This document shows, piece by piece, positions 17,534-26,839 of a stretch of 64,000 nucleotides of DNA. The position numbers and the translations under genes are program-made. The notes under the pieces were generated by a model. That model was not told where the DNA came from. It ran no database searches and saw nothing but the letters and a program-made list of their open reading frames with translations. Origin of the DNA: an uncultured Spirochaetota bacterium (GTDB taxonomy: Bacteria; Spirochaetota; Spirochaetia; SZUA-6; Fen-1364). How positions within the stretch are numbered: the stretch's first letter is position 1; each line of letters begins with the position of its first letter. Location of the stretch: assembly GCA_963845535.1 (NCBI GenBank), contig CAWJSK010000012.1, positions 224,001 to 288,000 of the forward strand, given 5' to 3'.

Positions 17534-19775
17534 CGTGTCTCCTCAGATTGTAGGACACGAACGTGTCCAACGAAGTGATGGCGGAACGGATGTCGGTGTA
17601 GACCGGCAGCCCGCCCTCCTCCAGGACCGCCACGAAGTCCTGGTAGTAGCGGCCGGCATTGACCGACACCACCATTGGCTTGGCGTGACGGGAGGCTATC
17701 TGGACCAGGCGATTGGCCAGGCCGTCAGGATCACGGCAGGTCTCAGGGACGGTCTTGAGGGACACGGCGTGGGGGACGATTGCCACGAAGACACAATCCA
17801 CTGCGTCATCCTCGATCACGGCTTCCGCGAACTCCGCGTACATGGCGTCGTCCGCCATGGGGGTTATGTCGAGGAACGGGGAGGAGACGTCCACCAGGCC
17901 GTGCCTGTTGATCCGGGCAAGCTTCTCCACCGTCTTCTCACCGAGCCTGGCCTGCGTGAGGCCCTGCAGCTCGTCCGCGCCCACCGTGGATTCGAAACCC
18001 GCGTTCACGACTCCTGCCACCCGGTTGCCCCGGGGGGACCGTGAGGAAAGGAGGGAGAAGGTCTTGATCAGGTCGTAATACTCCTCAATCGTCTCCGAAA
18101 GGATGACGCCCGCCTGCTGGCAGGCCGCGCTGAAGACGCTGTAATTCCCCGACATCGAGGCGGTATGGGATGCGGCGGAGCGGGCGCCCGCCTCCGTGCG
18201 TCCTCCCTTGTAGGCGAGGATGGGCTTGCCGGATTCCCGCGCCTGGTCGAAGAACGCACGCCCTTCGCCGGCGTCAAGACCCTCCAGGTAGACCGCCATG
18301 ACGTCGACTGCCGGGTCTCTCTCGAAATAGGAAAGGAGGTCTCCCACGCGCACGTCGAACTTGTTCCCGAAGCTGACAACGGCGCGCAGCGGGCGGCAGT
18401 TGCGCAGCTTGTCGATCACGGTGACCGCCAGCGCCCCGCTTTGGGTCAGGAGCACGGCGTTGGCCCTCTCTGAGGAACGGACCTCGAGCCTCTTCTCGTT
18501 GATGAACAGCGTGTTGAGCCCCGGTGCATCCGGAGCCGCCGCATGATAGACCCCCATGCAGTTGGGTCCCATGATCCTGATCCCCGAGTGCAGCGCGCCT
18601 AAAAGCTCACGGGCGTATTCCGCGTACGGAGTGGATGCCGGCACACCGGGGATCAGGATCACCGCGCGGACGCTGCCCCCGGAAAGCGCGCGCAGGAACT
18701 CCGGGGCAGCCTGCGCGGGAGCCGCGTACACAGCCAGCTCCACCGGGGAGGGCAGCTCCTTCACGTCCTTGTGAAGCTTGTACTCCGTGTCCCCGAACCT
18801 GATGGAGCCGCCGCGCGGGTTGACGAGGAACAGGTCCCCGTGGCGCAGCTCATGGAGCAACTCCGCGACGTCACGCGCAAGGTTGTACTTGGAAAGGTCC
18901 GAGGAAACCCCGATCACGGCGATCCCCTTTGGACGGAAAAAGGCGTCCAGGTTCGAGACGTTCACGCGCGTGTTCCAGTCACGCAGGTCCGTTGCGGAAA
19001 CGAACTCCGCAAGGCCGTCGATGGCGACGAACCTCCCGTCCGAGGAAACGGCGAACGGGTTCACCTCGAACGCGGTCAAGGCGAACCGGGGCTGGGAGAC
19101 CATGGGGGAGTACGCCAGGGCCAGGCTGCTGAATCCCGCCATGGCGCGGGCCATCAGCTCGAGGTATTCCGTATGGCCGATCTGCTCGAACTTGTGACGG
19201 ATGTGCATGCTGCGCGTGAAAGCGAGCGCTTCGGGGTATTCCATGGGGGGCAGGAACAGGTTTGCCGGGTCGTAATGCGCGGCAAAAAACTCCGCGTCAT
19301 CCCCGCCCTTGCTCACCGTGAGCACGGGCCCGAACGCGGGGTCCGCGCGGAACCCGATGAGCACTTCGTAGCCAATTGCCTGCGTGTGGGGGATGTATTC
19401 GACAAGGAGAAAGCCGGCGATCCGCGGAGCTGCGTCGGAAGCGAAATGCGAGAGCACCTCTTCCTTCATGCGCGACAGGACGAACTGGACGTACAGGGGA
19501 TCAGCGGCGGACACCTTCTTCACGCCGCCGAGCTTTTGCTTGTGCGGAATGTCGGGGGAGACGATCTTCAGGATGAGGGAGTGGCCGAAACCGCGCAGCT
19601 CCTGCTCGGTCACCTCCGCCGCGTCCCGGATGAAAAGGAACTTCGGGACGCAGAGGTCCAGCGCGGACAGCACCCCGTAGACCTCGTGCTCGAAAAGGGA
19701 TTTCCTGCGCTCCCGCCCGGCGCATTCGAGAATCCCGTCGATCTTTGCTTTTGCCGTCGATGACAGACCGTCCAT
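17523..19775 (-). CDS. ADP-forming acetate/acyl-CoA ligase, fused in beta-alpha order
   Basis: N-terminal ATP-grasp (LKIVSPDIPHK..GGV, DPAFGP, EVNP), then CoA-binding IAVIGVS, GPNCMG, TQSGA, SFGNK, AASHTAS. Confidence 0.9.
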   Translation of the reverse strand: MDGLSSTAKAKIDGILECAGRERRKSLFEHEVYGVLSALDLCVPKFLFIRDAAEVTEQELRGFGHSLILKIVSPDIPHKQKLGGVKKVSAADPLYVQFVLSRMKEEVLSHFASDAAPRIAGFLLVEYIPHTQAIGYEVLIGFRADPAFGPVLTVSKGGDDAEFFAAHYDPANLFLPPMEYPEALAFTRSMHIRHKFEQIGHTEYLELMARAMAGFSSLALAYSPMVSQPRFALTAFEVNPFAVSSDGRFVAIDGLAEFVSATDLRDWNTRVNVSNLDAFFRPKGIAVIGVSSDLSKYNLARDVAELLHELRHGDLFLVNPRGGSIRFGDTEYKLHKDVKELPSPVELAVYAAPAQAAPEFLRALSGGSVRAVILIPGVPASTPYAEYARELLGALHSGIRIMGPNCMGVYHAAAPDAPGLNTLFINEKRLEVRSSERANAVLLTQSGALAVTVIDKLRNCRPLRAVVSFGNKFDVRVGDLLSYFERDPAVDVMAVYLEGLDAGEGRAFFDQARESGKPILAYKGGRTEAGARSAASHTASMSGNYSVFSAACQQAGVILSETIEEYYDLIKTFSLLSSRSPRGNRVAGVVNAGFESTVGADELQGLTQARLGEKTVEKLARINRHGLVDVSSPFLDITPMADDAMYAEFAEAVIEDDAVDCVFVAIVPHAVSLKTVPETCRDPDGLANRLVQIASRHAKPMVVSVNAGRYYQDFVAVLEEGGLPVYTDIRSAITSLDTFVSYNLRRHGGR

Positions 19776-19841
19776 TGCTGTTCCCCCGTGGCGTGTGCTT
19801 GCCCCCAGAGTACCACGATTGGCGGTTTCGGGGCAGCTTTT

Positions 19842-20630
19842 TTACATCAGCCGGACGATGGCGTCCAGGCGGAAAGTCCGTTCCTCACCGCGAAGCCGGC
19901 AGAACGCGCGGAAGCATATGGACCCGCCCACGATGACGAAAGCCAGGGGCCGCACGTCCCTTTCCGTGGTCTTTGCGGCCGCGCTCCTGTACTCGATGCG
20001 GATGTCGGCTCCGGTGCGCATTGCTTCCGCCAGCCGAAAGGCAAGCTCGGCGTGCCGCGGAGCGTGACAGATGAAGTCCAGAGGCGCGCCGCTCGCCGAC
20101 ACCAGCGCTGACGGAGAAGCATCTTCCCCGATTGTTTGCCGGCAGCGCAGAAAAAGCTGCCTGCAGGCGTGGGCATCCGCGAGAGCCCTGTGCGTCCCCT
20201 GCTCAAGGCGGAGATCCCGGGAGAGGTTCTGCAAGCTGTAGCTGGCGCGCGCGGGGAACGCGCGCCGCGCCAGCCCGCGCGTGTCCAGGACGGGGCCGGC
20301 GGGCGGAACCTGGCCCGTGCGGCGGGCGTCCGCCGTGATGAACCCGACGTCAAACGTGGCGTTATGAGCGACAGGCGTGCCCTTGCCCAGAAAGCCGAGA
20401 AAACCGGGCAGCGCCTCCTCGATGGGTGGCGCGCCGTTCACCATCTGGTCCGTTATCCCGTTGACACGGGAGGCGGCCTGCGGAATGCAGACGCGCGGAT
20501 CCACCAGGAGCTGGAAGCAATCCAGGACGCGGCCGCCCTCGAACATGACCGCGGCAAGCTCCAGGATGCGGTCCACCCCGGGAATAAGGCCGGTTGTTTC
20601 CACATCGAACGCCACGTAGGGGACGGACAT
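19842..20630 (-). CDS. DnaQ-like DEDDh 3'-5' exonuclease fused to a C-terminal WYL domain
   Basis: FDVETTG, AHNATFD, HRALADA; then IEYRS...TERDVRP...AFCRLRGEERTFRLD.I. Confidence 0.9.
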   Translation of the reverse strand: MSVPYVAFDVETTGLIPGVDRILELAAVMFEGGRVLDCFQLLVDPRVCIPQAASRVNGITDQMVNGAPPIEEALPGFLGFLGKGTPVAHNATFDVGFITADARRTGQVPPAGPVLDTRGLARRAFPARASYSLQNLSRDLRLEQGTHRALADAHACRQLFLRCRQTIGEDASPSALVSASGAPLDFICHAPRHAELAFRLAEAMRTGADIRIEYRSAAAKTTERDVRPLAFVIVGGSICFRAFCRLRGEERTFRLDAIVRLM

Positions 20631-20646
20631 CAGCGCCTCTCAGCGC

Positions 20647-21126
20647 TTAAAAGAAGGAATCATACTCGGCTTTGCGGTTTTCCTTCGCGTCCGCGACCCA
20701 GCCCTGGTCCGCGTAAACAACCTTGCAGACGTCATCCTTGAATGAAATGCCGATGTAGGTCCGCGGCAGCTTCCAATGCGAAAAGGAGTCTCCCGAATCC
20801 GAGGGCGCACCATATTTCTCCTTCAGGATGTTCAGAATCCCGGTGTACGTCCTCATGTCATCCTCATCATCGAACTTGTACTGCGCGATGACGAGCTTGT
20901 CGTTCTCGAAGATGTAGTTGAGGATACCGTTGTGGCCCATCACGTTCACGTGGGAGGTCAGCGTGGTGTTCGACGCCTCATCCATCTGGGAGAACGTCAG
21001 CGCGCTCTCCGCGGAAACCACATCATCAACCGACATCCCCCACGTGACCTTCCGGAAGTCCTGCGCGAACGCCGACGCCGCAAGAAGGAGGAGAACCGCC
21101 GCGACACGCCAGGCCCGGAGTCTCAT
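20647..21126 (-). CDS. Secreted/periplasmic hypothetical protein
   Basis: Signal peptide ending AFA-Q; DFRKVTWGMS; LKEKYGAP; GGGGGAG RBS; ATGA overlap with the upstream gene. Confidence 0.8.
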   Translation of the reverse strand: MRLRAWRVAAVLLLLAASAFAQDFRKVTWGMSVDDVVSAESALTFSQMDEASNTTLTSHVNVMGHNGILNYIFENDKLVIAQYKFDDEDDMRTYTGILNILKEKYGAPSDSGDSFSHWKLPRTYIGISFKDDVCKVVYADQGWVADAKENRKAEYDSFF

Positions 21127-21314
21127 ATCTCCCCCTTCAGCTTCTCCGGGGTGGCTTCCCCCAGAAGGAGCTTGCAGATGTTCTTGTACCCGACTTTTCG
21201 CCACGTGCGCAGGATGTCCGCGAACTGCTCATACGCCAGGGGCTGCTCACCCTTGAGCTTCTCCAGGCGCACAAGCACTTCCCGAAGGTCATCCAGGGAA
21301 GCAAGCGCTGCCAT
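21123..21314 (-). CDS. Small hypothetical protein (63 aa)
   Basis: GGAGGAG RBS; stop overlaps the next start; MAALASLDDLREVL...RKVGYKNICKLLLGEATPEKLKGEI. Confidence 0.7.
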   Translation of the reverse strand: MAALASLDDLREVLVRLEKLKGEQPLAYEQFADILRTWRKVGYKNICKLLLGEATPEKLKGEI

Positions 21315-21409
21315 GATCTCCTCCGTTTTTCGTGAATACCTTGATCTCGTAAGATAGGGTTGGCTCCGGAGGCTTGTCAAGGCGAAGGGAAAGCGGATAC
21401 TCGATAGCT

Positions 21410-22615
21410 GTGACGGAAAAGCTGTATTATCATGACCCTTCCCTCCTGGAGTTCGACGCCTCCATCAAAGAGGACAAGGCAAACGGCCCGGTGCATGAGG
21501 TGGTGCTTGATCGCACGTGCTTTTTTCCGGGAGGCGGAGGGCAGCCCGCGGACCGGGGGATGCTCGGCAACGCCCGCGTGGTCGACGTGAAGGACCGGGA
21601 CGACGAGATCATCCACGTGGTGGATGCGCCGCCGGGCGCCGCGGGGAAGGTCGTCCGCGGCGCGGTGGACGCCGCCCGACGCCACGACTTCATGGCGCAG
21701 CATACGGGGCAGCATGTCCTCTCCCAGGCCCTGCTGACGGCAGGGAAGCTCCCCACGGTATCCGTGCATTTTGGCGATGAGACGGCCACCATCGAGCTGG
21801 AAGCCGCGTCGGTGGAGGACGCCGTACTACGGAACGCTGAGGAGCTCGCGAACTCCATCGTCAGGGAGAACCGTGCGGTCCGGATCCACGAGGTGGACCC
21901 CAAGGATGCCGGGCGCTTTCCCTTGCGAAGAACTCCCCCCGAGGTCGGGCGGCTTCGCGTCGTCGAGGTGGATTCCTACGACTGGGCTGCCTGCAGCGGC
22001 CTGCATGTCGCCGCCACGGGACAGATCGGCGTCATTAAGATCGTCTCCCAGGAGAAGATCCGTGGGCGCACCCGAGTCCACGTTTTGATCGGGGGCAGGG
22101 CGATGGATGACTATGGAAGGAAAATCTCCATCGTCCAGACGCTCATGCCCTTCCTGACCTGCTCGGAGGCGGACATTCCCGCCCGCGTGGAAGAGCTGGC
22201 GCAGAAGGCTCGCGAGAGCGAACGGGAGTTGGGAAAGCTGAAGATCGAGCGCGCCGGAGCTGACGCGGACGCCGCAGTCCTGCAGGCAAAGGACACGGGC
22301 AAAGGGTTCGTGATCACAAGGATCTTCGACGGCGCCGGTCCCGCGTACCTCAAGGCTTTCGCCGAGCGGGTGGTGGCGACCCCCGGCAGGGCCGTGATTG
22401 CAGTGGACCGTTCCCCGCAGGCCTTCCAATGGATCATCGCGCACTCCCGGGGAGAGGGCATCCCGCTGCCGTCATTCGTGGCGCCGCTCCTGGGGTCGTT
22501 GAACGCGAAGGGCGGCGGCCGCGGCGCCTGGATGCAGGGCGCCGGCGGCTCCGCGGCGGAGGCGGAGGCGTTCGCTGCCGCCATGGAGGAAGCGCTCGGA
22601 AGGGGGCTGCGGTGA
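21410..22615 (+). CDS. Alanyl-tRNA editing protein AlaX-L (editing domain + DHHA1)
   Basis: TEKLYY, FFPGGGGQPAD, QHTGQH (HxxxH), CSGLH (CxxxH), KGGG...QG. Confidence 0.92.
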   Translation: MTEKLYYHDPSLLEFDASIKEDKANGPVHEVVLDRTCFFPGGGGQPADRGMLGNARVVDVKDRDDEIIHVVDAPPGAAGKVVRGAVDAARRHDFMAQHTGQHVLSQALLTAGKLPTVSVHFGDETATIELEAASVEDAVLRNAEELANSIVRENRAVRIHEVDPKDAGRFPLRRTPPEVGRLRVVEVDSYDWAACSGLHVAATGQIGVIKIVSQEKIRGRTRVHVLIGGRAMDDYGRKISIVQTLMPFLTCSEADIPARVEELAQKARESERELGKLKIERAGADADAAVLQAKDTGKGFVITRIFDGAGPAYLKAFAERVVATPGRAVIAVDRSPQAFQWIIAHSRGEGIPLPSFVAPLLGSLNAKGGGRGAWMQGAGGSAAEAEAFAAAMEEALGRGLR

Positions 22616-23216
22616 AACTTCGAATCCGCTACAACTCGCCTGTCATCCTGTCCTTTGCAATCGTCGCGGCGCTCGTCCTCCTCATCGACCAGATCTCGGG
22701 CGGCATCTTCATCAAGACTTTCTTCGTCCTCTACCCTGATTTCAACGCATCCTCCGCGCTTTCGTGGCTGCGGATGGTGAGCTACGTCATTGGACACGCG
22801 AACTGGACCCACCTCATCGGCAACTTCTCCTTCATCCTCCTCATTGGTCCGGTGCTCGAGGAGAAGTACGGCTCCCTGCCGCTTTTCCTGATGATGCTCG
22901 TCACGGCGGTGGCCACCGCAATCCTGAACATCCTCATCGTCAGGACGGGCCTCCTGGGGGCAAGCGGAATCGTCTTCATGCTGATCCTGCTCAGCTCGTT
23001 CACGAACATCCGCCAGGGGGAGATCCCCTCACGTTCATCCTGATCGTCGCGCTGTACCTCGTGAAAGAGTTCGTGAACGCTTTTACGCCCAGCACGGTGT
23101 CCGAGCTCGCCCACATCGCGGGCGGCATCATCGGCGGAATGTTCGGATTCATCATCTCGCGTTCGGAGAGGGCCCCGGCTCTCGCGGACGGCGGAACAAA
23201 CGACAAAAAGGAGTAA
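22612..23216 (+). CDS. Rhomboid intramembrane serine protease (frameshift ~23027)
   Basis: GHANWTHLIGN, GPVLEE, GASG catalytic Ser, SELAHIAG catalytic His in the shifted frame; one C missing in ATCCCCTC. Confidence 0.88.
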
Positions 23217-23219
23217 AGC

Positions 23220-25289
23220 ATGATCACCCATTCATGGCGGATCGCTTCCCTTGCCATCCTCGCCTCGTGCGCCGTCCCGGGGGTCCTGGGGGCCCAGGAG
23301 GAGAAGGACGCCGTTGTCCCTCTCACGCGGCTCGTCATGTTCACGAGCGGGGTGAGCTATTTCCAGCATGACGGGACGGTGGACGGAAATGCCCGCATGG
23401 AGCTGACTTTTTCCGCAAGCCAGATCAACGACCTTCTCAAGAGTCTCGTGCTGCGTGACCTGGACGGCGGTTCGATCTCCAGCGTCACCTATTCCTCGCG
23501 TGATCCCATCACGCGCACCCTCAAGAGCTTCTCCCTCGACCTGACCGCCAATCCGTCCCTGACCGCGCTCCTTGCCCAGGCGCGCGGCGAGCAAGCGGAG
23601 GCAACGCTCACCAGTGGCACGAAGGTGACGGGAGCCATCGTCGGAGTTGAGACGCGCCAGGTGGCAACGGCTGGGAAGGAACCCGTGCCGGCAGACTTCC
23701 TTACGCTCAATGCCCCCACGGGACTTGCAACATTTGCCCTTTCGGACATCGCGGGGATCCGCTTCCTGCGCAAGGAGGTGCAGGACGACCTGGCGCAGGC
23801 CCTCCAGGTGCTCTCTTCGTCCCACGGCATCGAGAAGAAGAAGCTCGTCCTCCACTTCAGCGGAAACGGAAAGCGCCGGGTGAGCGTGGGCTACATCCTG
23901 GAGTCCCCCGTGTGGAAGACGAGCTACAGGCTCGTGCTCGGGGACGCTGCGTCCCACCTTCTCCAGGGTTGGGCCCTCGTGGAGAACACGACGGACGGGG
24001 ACTGGAAAAACGTCGGCCTGAGCCTCGTTTCCGGCCGGCCCATCACGTTCACGATGGACCTGTATCAACCCTTGTACATCCAGCGGCCCGAGGTCCAGCT
24101 CGAGCTGTACCAGTCCCTGACACCCAAGACGAACGACATGGCCATGGATGAAGCCCAGGCGAAAAGCGAGGAAGCCCCTGCGGCGGCTGCCTCAGCGCCT
24201 TCCCCCGCCAGACAGTCCATGGCCTCCCTGGCCAGGAAGGCAGCGGCCCCGGAAGGCGCCGGAGGGGCGGGAGAACCCGGCTCGGCGTTCGGCATCTCCC
24301 AGGGCGTATCCGCGGCGGCCCAGGGCGGGCAGGTGGGCGACCTTTTCCAATATTCAATCGACAAGCCCGTGACGCTTCCCCGGCAGGAATCGGCAATGCT
24401 GCCCATCCTGAACCAGCAGGTCGGCGGTGAGAGAATATCACTGTACAATGAGGCAACGCAGCCGAAATATCCCCTGAACGCGGTACGGTTGAAGAACACG
24501 AGCAGCCTGCACCTCATGCAGGGGCCCATCACGGTGTTCGACGGAGGCGGCTACGCCGGTGACGCGGAAATCACGGACATGCCGCCGGGGGCGAGCCAGA
24601 TCATCACCTATGCCCTGGACCTCGACACGGAGGTGGAGGCTGTGGCGGGGCCCGCTCCGGAGAACCTCGTTTCGGTCAGGATCTCCAAGGGCGTTTTCTT
24701 CTCCACGAACAAGCAGCAGACCGAAAGAATCTACAACGTGAAGAATCGCGGTTCCAAGGACCGCACTGTCCTCATTGAGCACCCCTTCCTGCCCGACTGG
24801 ACGCTGGTCAGCCCCACGGAGGCAACCGAACGCACCCGGGACGTGTACCGATTCTCCCTTGCCGTGGCTGCGGGCAAGACGGGGAGGCTCTCCGTGGTCC
24901 AGACACGGACCGTGGACCAGAGCGTGTCCCTTTCCAGCCTTCCCGGCGACCAGGTCGCCTTCTACGTCAGGAGCTCCGTGGTCAGTCCGGCGGTGAAGGC
25001 GGCCTTGCAGAAGCTCTCCGCCCTCATGCAGAAGCTTTCGGGCACCACGTCGCTGCGCACGCGCAAGGAGGCGCGTGTGACCGAGATCGGGCAGGACCAG
25101 GAGCGCATACGGGCCAACATGGAACGCCTTTCGGAGACCTCTGACCTGTACAAGCGATACGTCAAGACGCTGGGCGCGGAAGAAGACGAGCTTGCAACGC
25201 TGGCGGACCAGATTGCGAAGCTGCGCGATCAGGAGGCCGCGCAGACGAAGGACGTCTCCGACTTCATCCAGACCGTGGACGCCCAGTAG
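23220..25289 (+). CDS. DUF4139/DUF4140-type secreted protein
   Basis: Signal peptide; FTSGVSYF, INDLLKSL, WKTSYRL, LQGWALVENTT..DW, LVSGRP; C-terminal coiled coil DQERIRAN. Confidence 0.8.
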   Translation: MITHSWRIASLAILASCAVPGVLGAQEEKDAVVPLTRLVMFTSGVSYFQHDGTVDGNARMELTFSASQINDLLKSLVLRDLDGGSISSVTYSSRDPITRTLKSFSLDLTANPSLTALLAQARGEQAEATLTSGTKVTGAIVGVETRQVATAGKEPVPADFLTLNAPTGLATFALSDIAGIRFLRKEVQDDLAQALQVLSSSHGIEKKKLVLHFSGNGKRRVSVGYILESPVWKTSYRLVLGDAASHLLQGWALVENTTDGDWKNVGLSLVSGRPITFTMDLYQPLYIQRPEVQLELYQSLTPKTNDMAMDEAQAKSEEAPAAAASAPSPARQSMASLARKAAAPEGAGGAGEPGSAFGISQGVSAAAQGGQVGDLFQYSIDKPVTLPRQESAMLPILNQQVGGERISLYNEATQPKYPLNAVRLKNTSSLHLMQGPITVFDGGGYAGDAEITDMPPGASQIITYALDLDTEVEAVAGPAPENLVSVRISKGVFFSTNKQQTERIYNVKNRGSKDRTVLIEHPFLPDWTLVSPTEATERTRDVYRFSLAVAAGKTGRLSVVQTRTVDQSVSLSSLPGDQVAFYVRSSVVSPAVKAALQKLSALMQKLSGTTSLRTRKEARVTEIGQDQERIRANMERLSETSDLYKRYVKTLGAEEDELATLADQIAKLRDQEAAQTKDVSDFIQTVDAQ

Positions 25290-25361
25290 GGATAGCCGGC
25301 AAACCCTTCAGCGCGTCCGTACTCCGTCCGACAATGGAAATGGTGACGGAGCACAGGGGAC

Positions 25362-25820
25362 ATGTCTGAAATTGCACTGCATCCAGGTGACGCCGAGTTC
25401 TCGGGCAACTTCGAGATCCTCAGGCTCATTGGCGAGCTTCGAGACGTTTTCGAAAACAACTTCGACCGCACGTGGTTCAGCCTGATCCTTGATGGGATCC
25501 CCGTGGACCTGCGCACCGTGCGCAATATCCGCGACCTGGTTTCGCTAACCACGATCTACCCGGGCGAGGAGTGGCAGATATGGCGGGGGATCCAGGAATT
25601 GGAAGCCTTCCATGCCACGGTGAAGCGGTTTCTCCTCCCCGTCCTCAAGGAGAGGCTCGGGATCTCCTGGCTTCTGCCGCAGAAAAGGGTCAGGGACCCG
25701 CACCAGTACATCCTTCGGAAGTTCGTGGCATTCACCTTCCCCTACAACCTGGAGCGCCTGCGCCGTCTCACCCTGAAGCTGAAGGCGAAGCTCCTCGCGT
25801 ACTATCCGTCCCTGTCCTGA
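25362..25820 (+). CDS. Hypothetical protein
   Basis: 152-aa ORF with AGGGG RBS and host-like codon usage, co-oriented with neighbours. Confidence 0.7.
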   Translation: MSEIALHPGDAEFSGNFEILRLIGELRDVFENNFDRTWFSLILDGIPVDLRTVRNIRDLVSLTTIYPGEEWQIWRGIQELEAFHATVKRFLLPVLKERLGISWLLPQKRVRDPHQYILRKFVAFTFPYNLERLRRLTLKLKAKLLAYYPSLS

Positions 25821-25839
25821 CTGTGGTACATTCCGGTTG

Positions 25840-26829
25840 ATGGGTGACCCCGCCTCACCAGTGAGGCCCACGCTGGATTTCGCCGCATCCCACGCCCTTT
25901 CCAACCGGCTCATCGAGGGAATGGAGACGGTGATCCGCGGAAAGAGGCGGGTGCTGGAGTACCTCGTGACCTGCATCCTTGCCGGAGGCCACCTCCTGAT
26001 CGAGGACGTGCCGGGCCTCGGTAAGACGACCCTTGCCAAGACCGTGGCCCGCCTCGTTTCCCGCTCCCGCAAGGGAAGCCACGTGATTTTCCGCCGCATC
26101 CAGTTCACCCCTGACCTTCTTCCGTATGACATCACCGGCGTGGACGTGTTCGACCCTTCCACGGGAACGTTCGTGTTTTCCCCCGGCCCTGTTTTCACGA
26201 ACGTCCTCCTGGCGGATGAGATCAACCGCACTACTCCGAAGGTGCAGTCCGCGCTTCTGGAGGTGATGGCGGAAGGGCAGGTGACCATCGGGAACAAGAC
26301 CCACCGCGTGGATCCCTTCTTCTTCGTGATTGCCACGCAGAATCCGGTTGAGGTGGAAGGCGTCTATCCGCTGCCCCTGGCGCAGATTGACCGGTTCCTC
26401 ATGAAACTGCGCGTGGGGTACCCTGAGGCGGACGTCGAGGTGGAGATCGTTCGGGATGATCCTTCCCGCACCGTGATGCCGGAGGTCCAGGCGGTATGCG
26501 GCCGGGACGAGATCCTGGGCGCGCGCGACGCCGTTGGGCAGGTCTTCTGTGACGAGAAGCTGATCCGCGCGGCGGTGGGAGTGTCCGGAGCCACGCGCAG
26601 TCACCCCGGCGTTTCACTCGGCTCTTCTCCGCGCGGGAGCCTGATGCTGGTGAGGGCTGCCCGGGCCCTGGCGCTGGTGAGGGACCGTGAATACGTCATT
26701 GACCAGGACCTCATAGACCTTGCCCCGCTCGTCATCTCCCATCGCCTGCGCCTGAAAGACGCGCGGATGGACCCCGAAGCGCTGACCCGGGAGATCACAA
26801 TGACCCAGCTCACCCATACGCCGTATTGA
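25840..26829 (+). CDS. MoxR-family AAA+ ATPase
   Basis: HLLIEDVPGLGKT, RIQFTPDLLP.DITG, LADEINR, ATQNP, PLPLAQIDRF, SPRG. Confidence 0.96.
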   Translation: MGDPASPVRPTLDFAASHALSNRLIEGMETVIRGKRRVLEYLVTCILAGGHLLIEDVPGLGKTTLAKTVARLVSRSRKGSHVIFRRIQFTPDLLPYDITGVDVFDPSTGTFVFSPGPVFTNVLLADEINRTTPKVQSALLEVMAEGQVTIGNKTHRVDPFFFVIATQNPVEVEGVYPLPLAQIDRFLMKLRVGYPEADVEVEIVRDDPSRTVMPEVQAVCGRDEILGARDAVGQVFCDEKLIRAAVGVSGATRSHPGVSLGSSPRGSLMLVRAARALALVRDREYVIDQDLIDLAPLVISHRLRLKDARMDPEALTREITMTQLTHTPY

Positions 26830-26839
26830 CGGCACGCTC

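Noticed and set aside
19842..20630. dnaQ (Pol III epsilon) call
   Set aside because: The C-terminus is WYL-like rather than the alpha-binding tail; gene symbol withheld.
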